A stretch of 64,000 nt of DNA from Phycisphaerae bacterium. Lineage in GTDB: Bacteria; Planctomycetota; Phycisphaerae; WQYP01. The notes beneath the pieces were generated by a model. It searched no databases. It was not told the origin of the DNA and saw only the letters and a program-made list of their open reading frames with translations. Made by a program: the position numbers and the translations under genes. Positions 1-14,200 of the stretch are shown in pieces. The stretch covers positions 21,733-85,732 of the forward strand of contig DASZTO010000079.1 of assembly GCA_035548175.1 (NCBI GenBank), in the 5' to 3' direction. Within the stretch, counting starts at the first letter, position 1, and each line of letters opens with the position of its first letter.

Positions 1-1292
1 ATATCCATCGCCGGCCCGTCCGGCGACCACAGCCACACCGTCAGCGTCCCCTCCGCCGTCGTCGCTTTGTTGATCTCCAGCGCCGCCGGATATTTTTGCC
101 AGAAATCCTTCACCCCCACCGCGATCCCGCCCGAGACATCCCCCAGCACCGCCATCCCCAGCGACCGCTTGCCGTCGGTCACATGCAACCACGAGCTTTT
201 GTCCTGCGTGCGCTTGTCGATGGAATAGCCGTTGGGGTTGGGCTGCGACAGTTTAAAATCGTTGTACACCGCCACCGATTCCATCGCCGTCTGGTTGGGC
301 AGTTGGGCCATGTTCGGCATCCGCTTCCCGGCGAGATGCGCCTCATACTGCTCCGGCGACAGCGCGTTGCGATACCCCGGCAACAACCGCACAGGCTGCC
401 GCCACACGCCCGTCCCCTCCCCCACAAACCGCACGTGCCGGTTGTGCAATTCCTCCTTCAGCGGCACCCCGAACCGCAGCCCCATCCCCTGGATGAAATC
501 CTTCTCCTGGTCCCCATCAAAAATGAACGAATGCACCATCCGCACCGCATCCGTCCCGGCATAAAAATAAAACCGCATCACGAACGGCAAAAACGTCCGG
601 CCCGGTTTGTCCACATTCGTCGCGACCGCCGCCGCATCTTCCGACTCCATCCCCTCCACCTTGATCACCGCCCGCACCGGCCCGCTCTGTTCCACCGTCA
701 CCTTCGTCACACGGCTGGTGAACCCCACCGTCCGCAGGATTCCCTGCCCCTGCTGCGACCGGTCCTCCAACTGCACCACCAGCTCGCCGTTCTCCGCCAC
801 CGTCCGATCCCCGATCGCCAGCGACTGCATCACCGCCGATCCGCCCGGCACGAACCGGCAGTGCAATTCCCCACTATCGACCTCCACCCCGCTCCCATCC
901 TCTTTGACCGTAATCGGCTGCGCCACCGCCGGCCCGCTGCCCACGCTCACCGTGAACGGCCCCTTCAACGCCTCCGCGTTCCCCCCCGCCGCCGGCGCCA
1001 CCCCCACCGCGCACCCGCTCCACTTGATCGACCCATCCGGCCAGTACGCCAGCGGCCAGCTTTGCATCGCCACCGCCTGCCCGTCCGCCCCGCGCAGCAT
1101 TAAAGGATCGGCCTTGTGCACCGCCCCCTCCGGCCACGGCACGCCCCACTGCACGCCATCGGCCGCCGCCGGCACGCTGTCCAGCCAATGCACCGTCACC
1201 GGCGTCGCATGCTGCTGCTGCCCGAGGCAGGGCACTGCCCACGCCGTCAGCATCCCCGCCACCACCGCGCACCGCACCGCTTTCCATGCCAT
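1..1292 (-). CDS. Exo-rhamnogalacturonan lyase-like protein (PcRGLX/YetA, PL26-type), secreted; runs off the left edge of the window
   Basis: Not in the ORF track because it has no stop in the window. Manual translation: MAWKAVRCAVVAGMLTAWAVPCLGQ (signal-like) ...GVQWGVPWPEGAV...QSWPLAYWPDGSIKWSG...RFYFYAGTDAVRMVHSFIFDGD...VKDFWQKYP...VWLWSPDGPAMD, motifs typical of YetA/PcRGLX. GAGAGG RBS upstream of the ATG at 1292. Confidence 0.8.
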   Translation of the reverse strand, partial: MAWKAVRCAVVAGMLTAWAVPCLGQQQHATPVTVHWLDSVPAAADGVQWGVPWPEGAVHKADPLMLRGADGQAVAMQSWPLAYWPDGSIKWSGCAVGVAPAAGGNAEALKGPFTVSVGSGPAVAQPITVKEDGSGVEVDSGELHCRFVPGGSAVMQSLAIGDRTVAENGELVVQLEDRSQQGQGILRTVGFTSRVTKVTVEQSGPVRAVIKVEGMESEDAAAVATNVDKPGRTFLPFVMRFYFYAGTDAVRMVHSFIFDGDQEKDFIQGMGLRFGVPLKEELHNRHVRFVGEGTGVWRQPVRLLPGYRNALSPEQYEAHLAGKRMPNMAQLPNQTAMESVAVYNDFKLSQPNPNGYSIDKRTQDKSSWLHVTDGKRSLGMAVLGDVSGGIAVGVKDFWQKYPAALEINKATTAEGTLTVWLWSPDGPAMD

Positions 1293-1562
1293 AATGTCCA
1301 TCCTCTCGTTGCATCCTCCCCCCATTTTCAACGCGAACCGCCCGCGCCCGATTGCTCCCCCGGAACGGCCAAACTTTGCCTGTCTTCACACCCCCGCCAT
1401 GCTGGTCGCGGTTTTCCGCTCTATCCCCGCGTTATATCTCCATAGATCGTGAGAAAATTCTTGCCACCCTCCCCAACTTGGGGTAGGTTTTCCCACAGCT
1501 TCCCTTCGGCGCTGCTTGGATTCCATCCCCGTTGCGTGCTCCGCGCTGATTTCCGGTGACTC

Positions 1563-2231
1563 ATGACGCGCACTTTTTGCTCTCTCGCCATCGCTGGCGC
1601 GCTTCTGGTCGCCGCACCCCTTCTCGCCAGCCCCCTCGTGACCCTCTCCGCACAATCTGACAAAAGCTCCGTCAACGTCGGCGACACCTTCACCGTCACC
1701 GTCTCCGCTCAGGTCGCCAACGGCGCCCTCAACGACGGCCTCACCGCTTACAACATCGACCTCTATCCCACCACCAGCTCCCAACTCCAATTCCTCGGCG
1801 CAGCCAGCCAGAACTCCGGCATCTCCCTGAGCACCGGCAACTCCGATCCCGGCACCGGCGGCCTCCTCGGCGTCAGCGCCGTCTTCGATGCCCCCGGCAT
1901 CGCCATCGGTTCCACCGTGCCCCTCTTCACCGTCACCGTCAAAGCCCTCGCTCCCGGCGCGACCACCGTCGCCGCCGGTCTGAGCGTCTATCCCAATGGC
2001 GCCGGCATCCCGCTGGAGCTCAATGTCTCCGGCGACTATGTCGCCGCGCCCGGCTCCGGCAACTTCTCCGTCGATACCTCCAACGCCATCGCCCATGTCT
2101 CGGTGGCCGTCCCCGAACCTTCCGCCGCCCTGTTCGTGCTGCCGGCGGTCGGGCTGTTCCTTCTGCGTCGTCGCCGTGCCCTCCCTGCCGTACTCCCCCT
2201 GCGTGCCCACGGTCGGGCGATTACTCCGTAA
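1563..2231 (+). CDS. PEP-CTERM surface protein with a cohesin-like Ig domain
   Basis: N-terminal signal peptide. C-terminal VPEPSAALFVLPAVGLFLLRRRR is a PEP-CTERM motif, TM helix and Arg cluster. The core SVNVGDTFTVTVSA...LTAYNIDL...LQFLG...PLFTVTVKALAPGATTV follows the cohesin-type beta-sandwich pattern (this part less certain). Confidence 0.85.
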   Translation: MTRTFCSLAIAGALLVAAPLLASPLVTLSAQSDKSSVNVGDTFTVTVSAQVANGALNDGLTAYNIDLYPTTSSQLQFLGAASQNSGISLSTGNSDPGTGGLLGVSAVFDAPGIAIGSTVPLFTVTVKALAPGATTVAAGLSVYPNGAGIPLELNVSGDYVAAPGSGNFSVDTSNAIAHVSVAVPEPSAALFVLPAVGLFLLRRRRALPAVLPLRAHGRAITP

Positions 2232-2297
2232 GTCCATCCTTTCCGAATCGACCAGGCTTGTATTGCGGTCGCCGGAAGCCAGTGTTGTGGGAACTCT

Positions 2298-5200
2298 GTG
2301 CTCTCTGCGTTGCGATCTTTCGGACGCGCTCTGCGGCGGGCTCTCCATGAGGAGGGCCCGTCCGACCCCTCGGCCGCGCGCCTCTCACGCTACAAGGACC
2401 AGCGCCCTTCCGGCGTCGAATGGCTCGAAACCCGCCTCCTGCTTTCCACCATCACCTGGACCTCCAGTTCCTCGGGCAACTGGAACAACGGCGCCAACTG
2501 GAGCGGCGGCAAGGCGCCCGGCTCCGGCGATTCGGCCGTTATCGACGTGCCCGGCGTCACCGTCACCGTCTCCGACCAGGAGTCCGTCCATGACCTCTCC
2601 GTCAATGTGACCGACCCCAACAACGCTCCCACCCTCCAACTCACCGGCGGCTTCCTGGCCATCGGCGCCTCTTCCGCCATTAGCGGAAATCTGCAACTGC
2701 AGGGGGGCAATCTGTTTATCGGCAGCGGCACCTTGACCACCGCAGGAAACACCGATTGGGCCGGCGGCAACATCAACCTCGACGGCCACACCCTCCTCAA
2801 CACCGGAAACATGACCTGGGAAACCACCGGCGGCGTCTACGGCAACACCGGGCCCACCATCAATGGCTCCCCCAACCAGGGCGGCACCCTCGACAACCAA
2901 GGCTCCATCGCCGAATCCGTCAACGGTCCCACCCTCTTCGATTCTGTCCTTATCGAGAATGAAGCCACCTTCGACTTCACCGGCGATGCCGGCATGAACT
3001 ACGGTAGTGGCAGCCCAAACTTCACCAACGCCGCCACAGGCACCGTCGAAAAAACCGGCGGCTCCGGAACCTCCTCCTTCTCGGTCACCTTCAACAACCA
3101 GGGCGGCACCATCCATTCGGAATCCGGCACCCTCTCCCTGCCCTACGGCACCAATACCGGCGGCACCTATACCGCCGACCTCGCCGCCACGCTCCTCATC
3201 TCCGGCTTCCTCTCCGGCACTTACACCGGCGCGGGCCAGGGCACCGTGGGGCTGAGCAACAACATCCTGATCAACTCCCCCGGCGCCACCTTCGATTTCA
3301 CCGGCAACACCTTCCAGTGGACCGCCCACAACATCGATCTCGACAACCACACCCTCATAAACCTCGGCACCATCACCTTTAACACCTCCGCCGGCATCTA
3401 CGGCAACACCGGCATCGATCTCAATGGTTCCGGCAGCCAGGGCGGCACCCTCGACAACCAGGGGACCATCCTCCAGGCGGGCGGCTCCTACGCCCTCTTT
3501 GATTCCGTCTCCATCCTGAATGAGAACACCTATGACTTCACCGCCGACGGGGGCATCGCTTACGGCAACGCCAACCCCTTCGTGACCAACACCGGCCTGT
3601 TTGAAAAGACCGGTGGCGCCGGCACTTCCAGCACCGGCGTCACCTTCAACAACCAGGCAGGCACCGTCTACGCCAAAACCGGCACCCTTGTTCCCGGTCG
3701 CGGCACCAATACCGGCGGCACCTACAATGCCGACGCCAACGCCATCGTCGAACTGCAAGGTTTCCTCGGCGGCGCCTTCACCGGCGGCGGCGCGGGACAA
3801 CTGCTTCTCGGCGGCAACATCCTCATCTCCGGCAGCAACGCCACCTTCAACTTCCCCGCCAATTACTTTCTCTGGAACGCCGCCCATATCGACCTCGACA
3901 ACCATATCCTGACCAACACCGGCTTCCTCACCTTCAATACGTCCAACGGCTTCTACGGCAACACCGGCATCGACATCAATGGCAGCGGCAACCAGGGCGG
4001 TACCCTCGACAACCAGGGCACCATCATCCACGCCGGCGGGTCCCCGGCCATGTTCGACAACACCGAGATCCTCAATGAAGGCACCTATGACTTCACCGCC
4101 GACGGCGCGGTCGCCTATGGCAACGCCAACCCCCTCTTCGTCAACACCGGCCTCTTCGAGAAAACCGGGGGGACCGGCGCCTCGACTACCAGCGTCGGCT
4201 TCAACAACCAGGGCGGCACGGTTTACGCTCAAACCGGCACCCTCAACCCCGGCCGCGGCACCAATACCAGCGGCACTTACAACGCTGACGCCGGGGCCGT
4301 CGTCGAACTGCAAGGCTTTCTGGGCGGCACCTTTACAGGCAGCGGCGCCGGCCAACTGTTCCTTGGCGGCAACATCCTCATCTCCGGCAGCAATGCCACC
4401 TTCAACTTCCCGGCCAATTACTTTGTCTGGAACGCCGCACAGATTGACTTGGATAGCCATGTCCTGACCAATCTCGGCTTCCTCACCTTCGACGTCTCGA
4501 ACGGCATCTACGGCAACACCGGCATCGACATCAACGGCAGCGGCAGCCAGGGCGGCATCCTCGACAACCAGGGCACGATCCTCCAGGGGGCCGTCAACCC
4601 GGCGATGTACGACAGCACCGAGATTCTCAACGCGGGCACCTATGACTTTACCGCCGATGGCTCCGTCGCTTACGGCAACGCCAGCCCTACATTTGTGAAC
4701 ACCGGCCTGGTCGAGAAAACCGGGGGGGCCGGGGCTTCCGGCACCGGCGTGACCTTCAACAACGAGGGCGGCACCGTCTACGCCCACACCGGCGCACTGA
4801 ATCCCGGTCGCGGCACCAACACCGGCGGCGCCTACAACGCCGATGCGGGAGCCACCGTCGAACTCCAGGGATTCCTCAGTGGCACTTACACCGGTTCCGG
4901 CGGCGGCACGGCGACCCTCGGGGGAAACATCCTCATCAACAGCAACAATGCCACCTTCAATTTCCCCGCCCAATTCTTCCAGTGGACCGCCCATGAGATC
5001 GACCTCGACTCCCACACCCTGATCAACACCGGCTGGCTCACCTTCGCCACCACGGCGGGCATCCGCGGCAACACCGGCATCGATATCAACGGCAGCGGCA
5101 GTCAGAGCGGCGTCCTCGATAACCAGGGCACGATCTTCCAGGCCGGCGGCGCACCGGCCCTCTACGATTCCGTCGAACTGGAAAACGAGGGGCGGTACGA

Positions 5201-8200
5201 CTTTACGACCGCCGGCAACATCAACAACGGCAGCGGCAACCCCTTCGCCCTCAACGCCGCCACCGGCACGTGGGAATCCGATGCCAGCGGCATCTCCACC
5301 GTGAATCTGCCTTTCAACAACCAGGGCGGATCGGTCGATGCGGCCGCCGGCACCCTGGCGTTCACCGGCGGCACCAACACCGGCGGCACCTATTCGGCGG
5401 CGCTGGGGGCGGCGGTCCTTCTGGCGGGGGTCTTCGGCGGGTCTTACACGGGCTCGGGCAGCGGGGCCGTGTCGCTCAACTCCAATATCCTCATAAATGG
5501 ATCCAACGCCACGTTCAATTTCCCGGTGGGATTGTTCCAGTGGACGGGGGCGGGCATCGATCTCGACGGACACACCCTCACCAATACGGGCTCGATGACC
5601 TGGTCTGCTCCGGGGGCGCTCTTCGGGAACACCGGCATCGGAGCCAACGGCAGCGGCAACCAGGGGGGGACGCTGGACAATCGGGGCACGGTTCTGGCGA
5701 GCGGGACGGCGACGCTCTACGACAGCGTGTCCATAAGCAACGAAGGAACCTTCGACTTCACGGGCGATGCCGGGCTGGCCCTGGGCAATGGCAATCCGGG
5801 GGTGACGAACTCCGTCAGCGGCATTCTGGAGAAGACCGGCGGCACCGGCACCTCGGCCGTGGACCTGCCTTTCAGCAATGCGGGGTCGGTCATCGCGGCC
5901 TCTGGCACGTTGACGTTCACGCGCGGGGTCAGCCAGATTTCCGGCCACACGCTGACGGGAGGGGCGTGGGCCGCGACGCACGGGGCGACGCTGGTGATCC
6001 CCAGCGTGACGATCACGACCAACAGCGCGCAGGTGACGTTGAGCGGGGCGGGAGCGACGTTCGCGGCGATCAATTCGCTGGCGGACAACGAGGGATCATT
6101 CGCATTGACGGAAGGAGCCTCGCTGACGACCGCCGGGGCGTTGACCAACAACGGAACGCTGGTCCTGGGGCCGCACGGAACTCTGGCGGTGGCCGGATCG
6201 CTGGCGGAAGGCGGGGCGTCGGTGTTGAACATTCAGCTTGGGGGCACGCCGGCGTCGGGGGCGTTCGGGTTTCTCTCGACCACGGGGGTGGCGACATTGA
6301 ACGGAACGCTGTCGGTGACTTTGGCGGATGGGTTCGGGCCGACTGCGGGGCAGACCTACACAGTGACGAATTTTGCCAGCAAGACCGGGGCGTTCAGCAC
6401 GGTGACAGGAGGGGTCGTCAACGGGGTGACGCTGTACACGATTACCGTCAATGCGAATATCGTGATCAACGCGGTATCCAATAGCGCCGACCTGGCGGTT
6501 TCCAATGTGACCGCCCCGGCGTCCGCGGCGGGGGGGCACACCCTCACCATCACGTGGCAGGTGACCAATCTGGCGAGCACCGGGACGGTGGGGACGGACT
6601 GGGTGGATGACGTGTACCTGACGGCGGGGGGGGTGGTGAATGCGACCTCTATCCTGATAGGATCGGTCGCACACAGCGGGGCGGTGGGCGGCGGGGGGGG
6701 ATACAGCGGCAGTTTCAGCGGCACGGTGCCGACGAGCGTGCCGACGGGAACCTACACGGTGGTGGTGGTCATCGACGCGGGGAACGTGTTGCCGGACGTG
6801 AATCGGGCGAACAATATGGCGGCGGCGCCGGGGACAACGCATGTGACGCTGCCGGGGGGACCGGTGGTGGTCAGTCAGACGCCGACGGGGGCGGTTCCGG
6901 CGCCGCTGGATCATATTGATATCGTGTTCTCGGTGATCATCGATCCGACGAGTTTCAGCGCGTCGGATGTGCTGCTGGTGGGGGCGTCGGGGGCGGTGAC
7001 GGTGACGGCGATCGAGGAGATCAACGCGACGACGTACCGGATTCATTTCGCGGCGTTGTCGGTGGATGGGGCGTACACGCTGACGGTGGGGCCGGACGTG
7101 CGGGATTTGCAGGGCGATGAGATGGACCAGAACGCGGATGGCGTTCCGGGGCAGCCGTCGGATGCGTACGTGGGGACGTTCACGTTCCACTCGGTGGGGG
7201 CGCACGTGACGGGGAGTTTGCTGAACGGGACGACGGGGGGCAGCGGGCCGGTGAAGGGGCCGGTGTCGTCGGTGCAGGTGACGTTCAGCGAAGCGGTGCA
7301 GGTATCGACGTTCTCGGTGGCGGACGTGACGCTGACGGGGGTGTCCCACGCGTTCACGATCACGGGGGTAACGCCGGTGGATGCGGTGAACGGGGCGGCG
7401 ACGACATTCACGGTTACGTTTGCGTCCGCGTCGGCAAGCGGGCTGTACACGCTGACGGTCGGGCCGGACATTCTGGATTTGGTCGGTCTGGCGATGGATC
7501 AGGATGGCAACGCGACCAGCGGGGAACCGACGGATGCGTTCGTGCTGAACTTTACGATCGACAGCACCGGCCCGCAGGTGGTGTCGGTGACGCCGGGCGC
7601 GGGAAGTGCGGTGCATCAGCCGATCACGTCGGTGGTGGTGACGTTCAACGAGCCGATCGATCCGGCGACGTTCCTGGTGGGCTCGGTGTCGATCAACGGG
7701 CCGCCGGGGAGCATCTCCGCCGCAGCGATCACGGAAATTGACGCGACCGATTTCCGGATCAACCTGTCCACCCTTGCCGCTCTCGGCACGTATCATTTCG
7801 TACTGTCCCCCACGATCAGCGATCTCGTCGGTAATGAACTCGACCAGAATGCCAACGGCATCAACGGCGAGGCGGGGGATGCGTTCGCCTTCGACATCCT
7901 GCTTTCGCAGCCGAACCTGGTGGCGTCGGCGCCGTCCGCGCCGGTGTCGGCAAGCGCGGGCAGCCAGATCAGCGTCTCGTTCCTGGTGACCAACAACGGG
8001 AACCTGGCGGCGACGGCGCCTTTCACCGATGAACTGATTCTCTCGCAATCGGGCGTGCTGGGGGCGGGAGATAATCTGCTTCTGCAGGCGGTGACGGTGA
8101 ACGCGGACGTGGCGGCGGGGGGCTCGTACACGGAAGTGTTCACGACGAATTTGCCGCTGGGGATCGAGGGGGATTACACGCTGTTCATGGTGACGGATTC

Positions 8201-11200
8201 GGGGAACGCGGAGGCGGAGAGCTCGGAAGCGGACAACGCGGCGTCGGCGCCGATTCACATCAATCATGCGGCGTTGCCCAACGACCTGGCGGTGGATGTG
8301 ATCACGTCGCCTGCCAGCGGCCAGACGGGGCAGCAGATCAACGTGGCGTGGCGCGTGGACAACGTGGGGACGGCGGGGATTTCCGGAGCGCTCACGTGGA
8401 ATGATGAAGTGATCCTGTCGGCGGACGACACGCTGGGCAACGGCGACGACGTGGTGCTGGGGACCTTTTCGCACAGTGGGCCGCTGGCGTCGGGCGGGAA
8501 TTACACGCAATCGCAGAATGTGGCGCTGCCGGCGAATCTGGCGGCGGGGAATTATCACATTTTCGTGCTGACGGATTCGGGCAACGCGGTGTCGGAGCCG
8601 GGCGGCAAGGCGAACAATTCGCTGGAGAGCGGGACGGTGCTGGCGGTGAGCCTGTCGCCGGCGGCGACGCTTTCGACGTCGAACGTGACGTTCACGGGCA
8701 CGACGGTCATCGGGCAGATGCTCGCGGTGTTCTGGACGGTGACCAACACCGGGCAGGCGACGGCGACTCCGCCGGCGGGGGGCTGGATCGACCGGGTCTA
8801 CGTGACGACGGACGGCACGTTGAACACGGCGACGCTGCTGGCGTCGGCGCCGCACGTGAACGCGCTGGCGGCGGGGAGCAATTATGCGGGGTCGATCCAG
8901 GTGACGCTGCCGGCGCTGGCGGATGGGACGTATCAGTTGCTGGTGTTCGCGGATGCGACGTCGACGGTGTTCACGCGGTCGCCGGCGTCCACGCGGATGG
9001 CGGTCTCGGGGAACCTGTCGCTGACGCATCCGGACCTGGTGGTGACGGGCATCACCCTGCCGAACGGACCGATTCAATCGGGCCAGACGATCACGCTGAA
9101 CTGGACGGGGCAGAACAACGGGACGGCGGCGGTGACCGGGACGTTCGTGGATGCGGTGTATCTGTCGACGACGACGACGGTGCCGGCGGGAGCGACGGCG
9201 CTGTCGAGCTTCGTGCACACGGGGACGCTGGGGATCGGCGGAACATATAACGGGTCGGCGACGTTCACGCTGCCCAACGGGTTGTCGGGGGTGTACCGGC
9301 TGATCGTGGTGACCAACGCGACCGGGGTGGTGATCGAAGGGGCGGCGTCGGCGAATGACACGACGGCGTCGGCGCCGATTGCGATCGCCCTGGCTCCGTA
9401 TGCCGATCTTACGGTGTCCAACGTCGTCGCGCCGGCGCAGGTGGTGGGCGATCCGGTGGACCTGTCGGTGTCGTGGACGGTGACCAACAACGGCACGGGA
9501 ACGGGGACGGTTTCCACGTGGACCGATCGCGTGGTGCTCTCGGGCGACGATGTCTATGGCAACGGCGACGACGTGGTCATCGGCAACTTCACGCACGTGG
9601 GGCTGGTGAATCCGGGGGCGTCCTACACCTCGAGCCAGATCATTCTGCTGCCGCCCGCCACGCAGGGGCACTTCCATTTGCTGGTGCGCACGGATGCGGG
9701 CGGGGCGGTGTTCGACGCCAACCCGGCGCCGGTGAACGTGGCGGAGCCGAATCATTTTGTGGATGTGGTGACCAAGCCCTATGCGGCGCTGTCGGTGGAT
9801 TCGGTGACGGCGCCCGCGACCGGCTTCAGCGGCCAGCCGATCACCATCAGCTGGATCGTTTCGAATCAGGGCATCGGCACGACGGATGAGTCGGCGTGGA
9901 ACGACCAGGTGTACGTGAGCTCCGATCCGACGGGCGCCGGCGGGCTTACGCCGATCCAGGCGTTCGTCCATCAGGGCGCGCTGGCGGTGGGGGGGTCTTA
10001 CACGGCGACGCAGCAGGTGACGCTGCCGGCGAATCTGTCGGGGACGCAATACATTTTTGTGGATTCGTCGGGACCGTTCCAGTTCACGCACACGGACAAA
10101 AACCTGGGGCATTCGGGGGCGATCCAGGTGCAGTTCGTGCCGCCGCCGGCGGTGGATCTGAGCGTGGTGGCGGGCTCGGTGACGGCGCCGGCGACGCCGT
10201 TTGACGGCAACAGCATCACGGTGTCGTGGAGCGTGATCAACAACGGGCCGGAATCGCTGGACAACAGCTATCACTGGACGGATTCGCTGTACCTGGCGCC
10301 CGGCGGGGTTTTCGCCAACGCCATTCACATTGCGGATTACGATTACAACCAGGGGCTGATGGCGGGCCAGAGTTACACGCGGACGCAGACGATCACGCTG
10401 CCGATACATATCAGCGGGATTTATACGCTGTTCGTGCAGACCGATTCGGGATCGAGGATTCTGGAGACCAACGAATCGAACAACCTGGGGAATTCGGATG
10501 ACATCGCGGTGTCGCTGACGCCGCGGCCGAATCTGACGGTGAGCTCGACGCTGAGTTCGTTCTCCGTGACGGCCGGGGCGGGAATCGACGTGTCGTGGAC
10601 GGTGACGAACCTGTCGACGGCGTCGACGCCGGTGGGGGCGTCGCGGTGGAAGGACGGCGTGTATCTGTCGTTCACCCACACGCTGGATTCGAGCGGGATC
10701 CTGCTGGGCGAGCTGCCCAACGGCTCGGCGCTGGCGGGCGGGGAATCGTACAGCTCGAGCGCGCACTTCACCCTGCCGCTGGCCGTGTCGGGAAACGCGT
10801 ACATCATCATCAAGGCGGACGATCAGAACCTGATCGACACCTATCCGAACGCGAATAATTCGGCCTATGCGATACCGATCGCGATCAACGCCCAGCCCGT
10901 GCCGCCGCCGGACCTGGTGGTGTCGAACGTGTTCAACCCGGCGACGGTGTTCAACGGCAGTCCGGTGACGGTGCATTACCGCGTGACGAACCTGGGATCC
11001 GGGGTGACGTTCCCGTCGTCGTGGACGGACCAGGTGTGGCTGACGCTGGGCACGGACCGCCCCGATCCGATGCGCGGGGATTTCATGCTGGGGGCGTTCG
11101 GGCATTCGGGAACGCTGAACGTCGGCGACTTCTATGACAACAACGTGACGGTCACGCTGCCCAACTACATCAGCGGGAATTATTACATCACGGTGTGGAC

Positions 11201-14200
11201 GGATCCGGGGCACGCGGTGTTCCAGGAGCACCTGGATACGAACATCAACCCGGATGCGCCGCACGATTTGCTGGGCGACAATTTCAAGGCGGATCCGATT
11301 TCGGTGCTGCTGACGCCGCCGGCGGACCTGGTGGTGACGTCGCTGATCGCGCCGCCGACGGCGCAGGGCGGGAACCAGGTGACGCTGACGTGGACGGTGG
11401 CGAACCAGGGAGCTGCGCGGACGGACCAGTCGCTGTGGGCGGATGCGATTTATCTGTCTCCGGACGGGGTTCACGAGGGCACGCTTGTCTTTGCGATGCC
11501 GCACTCGGGGGCTCTGGAGATCGGCGCGTCTTACACGCAGACGGCGACGTTCACGCTGCCCCCGAACGCGGAGGGGAACTACTTCCTGGTGGAGACGAAC
11601 CAGTCGCCGGGTCTGGCGCAGACGACGGACGACCTGTTTGCGCAGCAGATTCAGCAGATCGTGGATTCGACGGAAGCGACGCTGAATGGACAGGATCCCA
11701 CCACGCTGACGGCGCAGCAGATTCTCTCGATTCTGGCGGGGCCGACGCCGCAGGCGCGGGTGTTCGAGGGGCCGTTCACGAACAACGACAGCCGGTCGGC
11801 GCCCACGACGATCACGGACACGCCGGCGGACCTGGTGGTCACGAACGTGACGATCGGGCAGCAGACGCAGTTTTCGGGGGAGGCGATCAACGTCTCGTGG
11901 ACGGTGCAGAACGTCGGGGCGGCGGTGTATTCGGGGACGACGTCGTGGACGGATTACATCTTCGTCTCGCCCGACCCGACGTTCATTTACAGACGCGCGA
12001 CGATGGTCGCCGCCGTGCAGCATGACAACAGCGGCGGCATGCCCAATGGCGGGTCTTACACCGGCTCGACAACCGTGATGCTGCCGGCGGGCATTTCCGG
12101 CGAGCGCTATGTGTACGTCTTCTCCGATCGCAGGGGCGGGGCGGACAACGACGACCTGATTCCCCAGGAGGGCTTCCCCGGCTGGCCGGAGGTGTTCGCC
12201 CACCGGGTGTACGAGGCGGACAAGTCCAACAACGTCAATTCCAGCGCGCTCAACGTGGTGTATCGCGAGCCGGACCTGACGATTTCGAACCTGACGGTGA
12301 CGCCGTCGACGCTGGCGGGCTCGACGATCACGGTGTCGTTCCAGGTGAACAACATCGGGAATCGCGCCACGCGGACGAGCAACTGGTTCGACCGGGTGTA
12401 CATCTCGACGGACCAGACGCTGGATTACTACGACGAGCTGCTGGGATCGCAGCAGCACACGACGGTGCTGGCGGCGGGCGCTTCGTATACGGTGACGATG
12501 GCGGTCACGCTGCCGTTCAACTTCTCGGGTCCGTTCTACATCCTGGCGTTCACCGATTCGCCGTTCGTCATCGACGGATACGCGAATCCTCCGCCCTATC
12601 CGTCGACGGCCGGGGATCATCGGCTGACCGGCGGCGGCGACGGGCTGGTGGAGGAGTACCAGGGCGAAGGCAACAACGTGACGGCGGCGCCGATCACGGT
12701 GCTGGCGGTGCCGCCGCCGGACCTGGTGGTCGCGTCGATCAGCACGCCCGCGCACGTGCTGATGAACCAGTCGTTCACGGTGGATTACATCGTGCTCAAC
12801 CAGGGCGCCGGCGACGTTCCGGCGGGACAGACGACATGGACCGATACGGTGTACCTGTCGCGGGACAACGTGCTGGACGTGAACAGCGCGATTTACCTGG
12901 GGGCGATCAAGCACACGACGGGGCTGGGCGCGGGGCAGATATACGAAGTGGTGCAGACCTTCGCGCTGCCGCACGGGATCACGGGGCCGTACTACGTGCT
13001 GGTGCTGACGGACACGCCGACGTCGGGCAAGGTGCGGGGCTTCGTGATCGAGGCCGACGAGGGCAACAATGCGTCGGCGTCCCCGGTGCCGATGCTGATC
13101 GATCAGCCGCCGCCGGCGGATTTGCAGGTGGACATCGTCAACGGCCCGCAGGTGGCGACGTCGGGCAACCCGATCACGGTCTCGTGGACGGTCAGCAATC
13201 ACGGCAACGTGCCGGCGACCGGCGGGTGGACGGACGCGGTCTACCTGTCCAGCGACGGGAATTATCACGTGGGAGATCCGCTGATCGGCACGGTGGATCA
13301 TGGCTCGCTGGGCGGCTCGGACAGCTTTGCGCCGGGGGATTCCTACACGGCGTCGCTGACGGCGGTGCTGCCGATCGCGTTGCCGGGGCGCTATTACGTG
13401 GTCGTGCGGACGAACATTTTCAACGACATTTACGAAGGGCCTTTCGTCACCAACAACACGAACGCGTCGTTCGATCCGGTGGTGGTGTCGGTGCAGACGC
13501 TGCAACTGGACCAGCTTTTCAACACGACCATCAGTTCGGGGCAGACGCGGTTGTATCGCGTGCAGGCGCCGGCGAACGCGACGCTGCAGATCAACCTGGC
13601 CAACGCCAACAACGCCGGGGCCAACGAGATCTACACCAGGTTCGAGGCGCTGCCGACGGAAGCGACTTCCGACTCCGCGTTCACCGGGCATCTGGTGGCG
13701 GATCAGACGGCGATCGTTCCCACGACGGCGGGGGGGTACTACTACATTTTGGTGGTGGGCGATTCGGAGCCGCAGAGCAACACGCCGATCTCGCTGTACG
13801 CGACGCTGCTGCCGTTCGAGATCACCGGGATCACGCCGGACGTGGGCGGCGACTCGGGCTATGTGACCACGACGATCACCGGGGCGCAATTCGATCCGCA
13901 GGCGATCGTGAAGCTGATCCGCCCGACGATCGCCGAGTTTGAGCCGGTGAGCTACAAGGTGGTCAACGCGACGGAGATCGTGGCGACGTTCAACTTCACC
14001 AACGCGCCGCATGGGTTGTATGACGTGCAGGTGACCAATCCCGACGGGCGGTCGGTGATCATTCCCTACCGTTACCTCATTGAAGCCGCGCAGCCGCTGG
14101 ATCTGGCGGTGGCGATGGGCGGGCCGCCGAACCTGAATTTCGGGCAGATCGGCATATACGGTCTGTCGGTCAAGAGCACCACCAACGTGGACACGCCGTA

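Noticed and set aside
96-1452. Plus-strand ORFs of 335 and 281 aa
   Set aside because: Antisense to the lyase-like gene, which carries the recognisable motifs.
2772-5900. Diversity-generating retroelement TR/VR pair
   Set aside because: The repeats are in-frame protein repeats differing at all base types, and no reverse transcriptase is present in the window.
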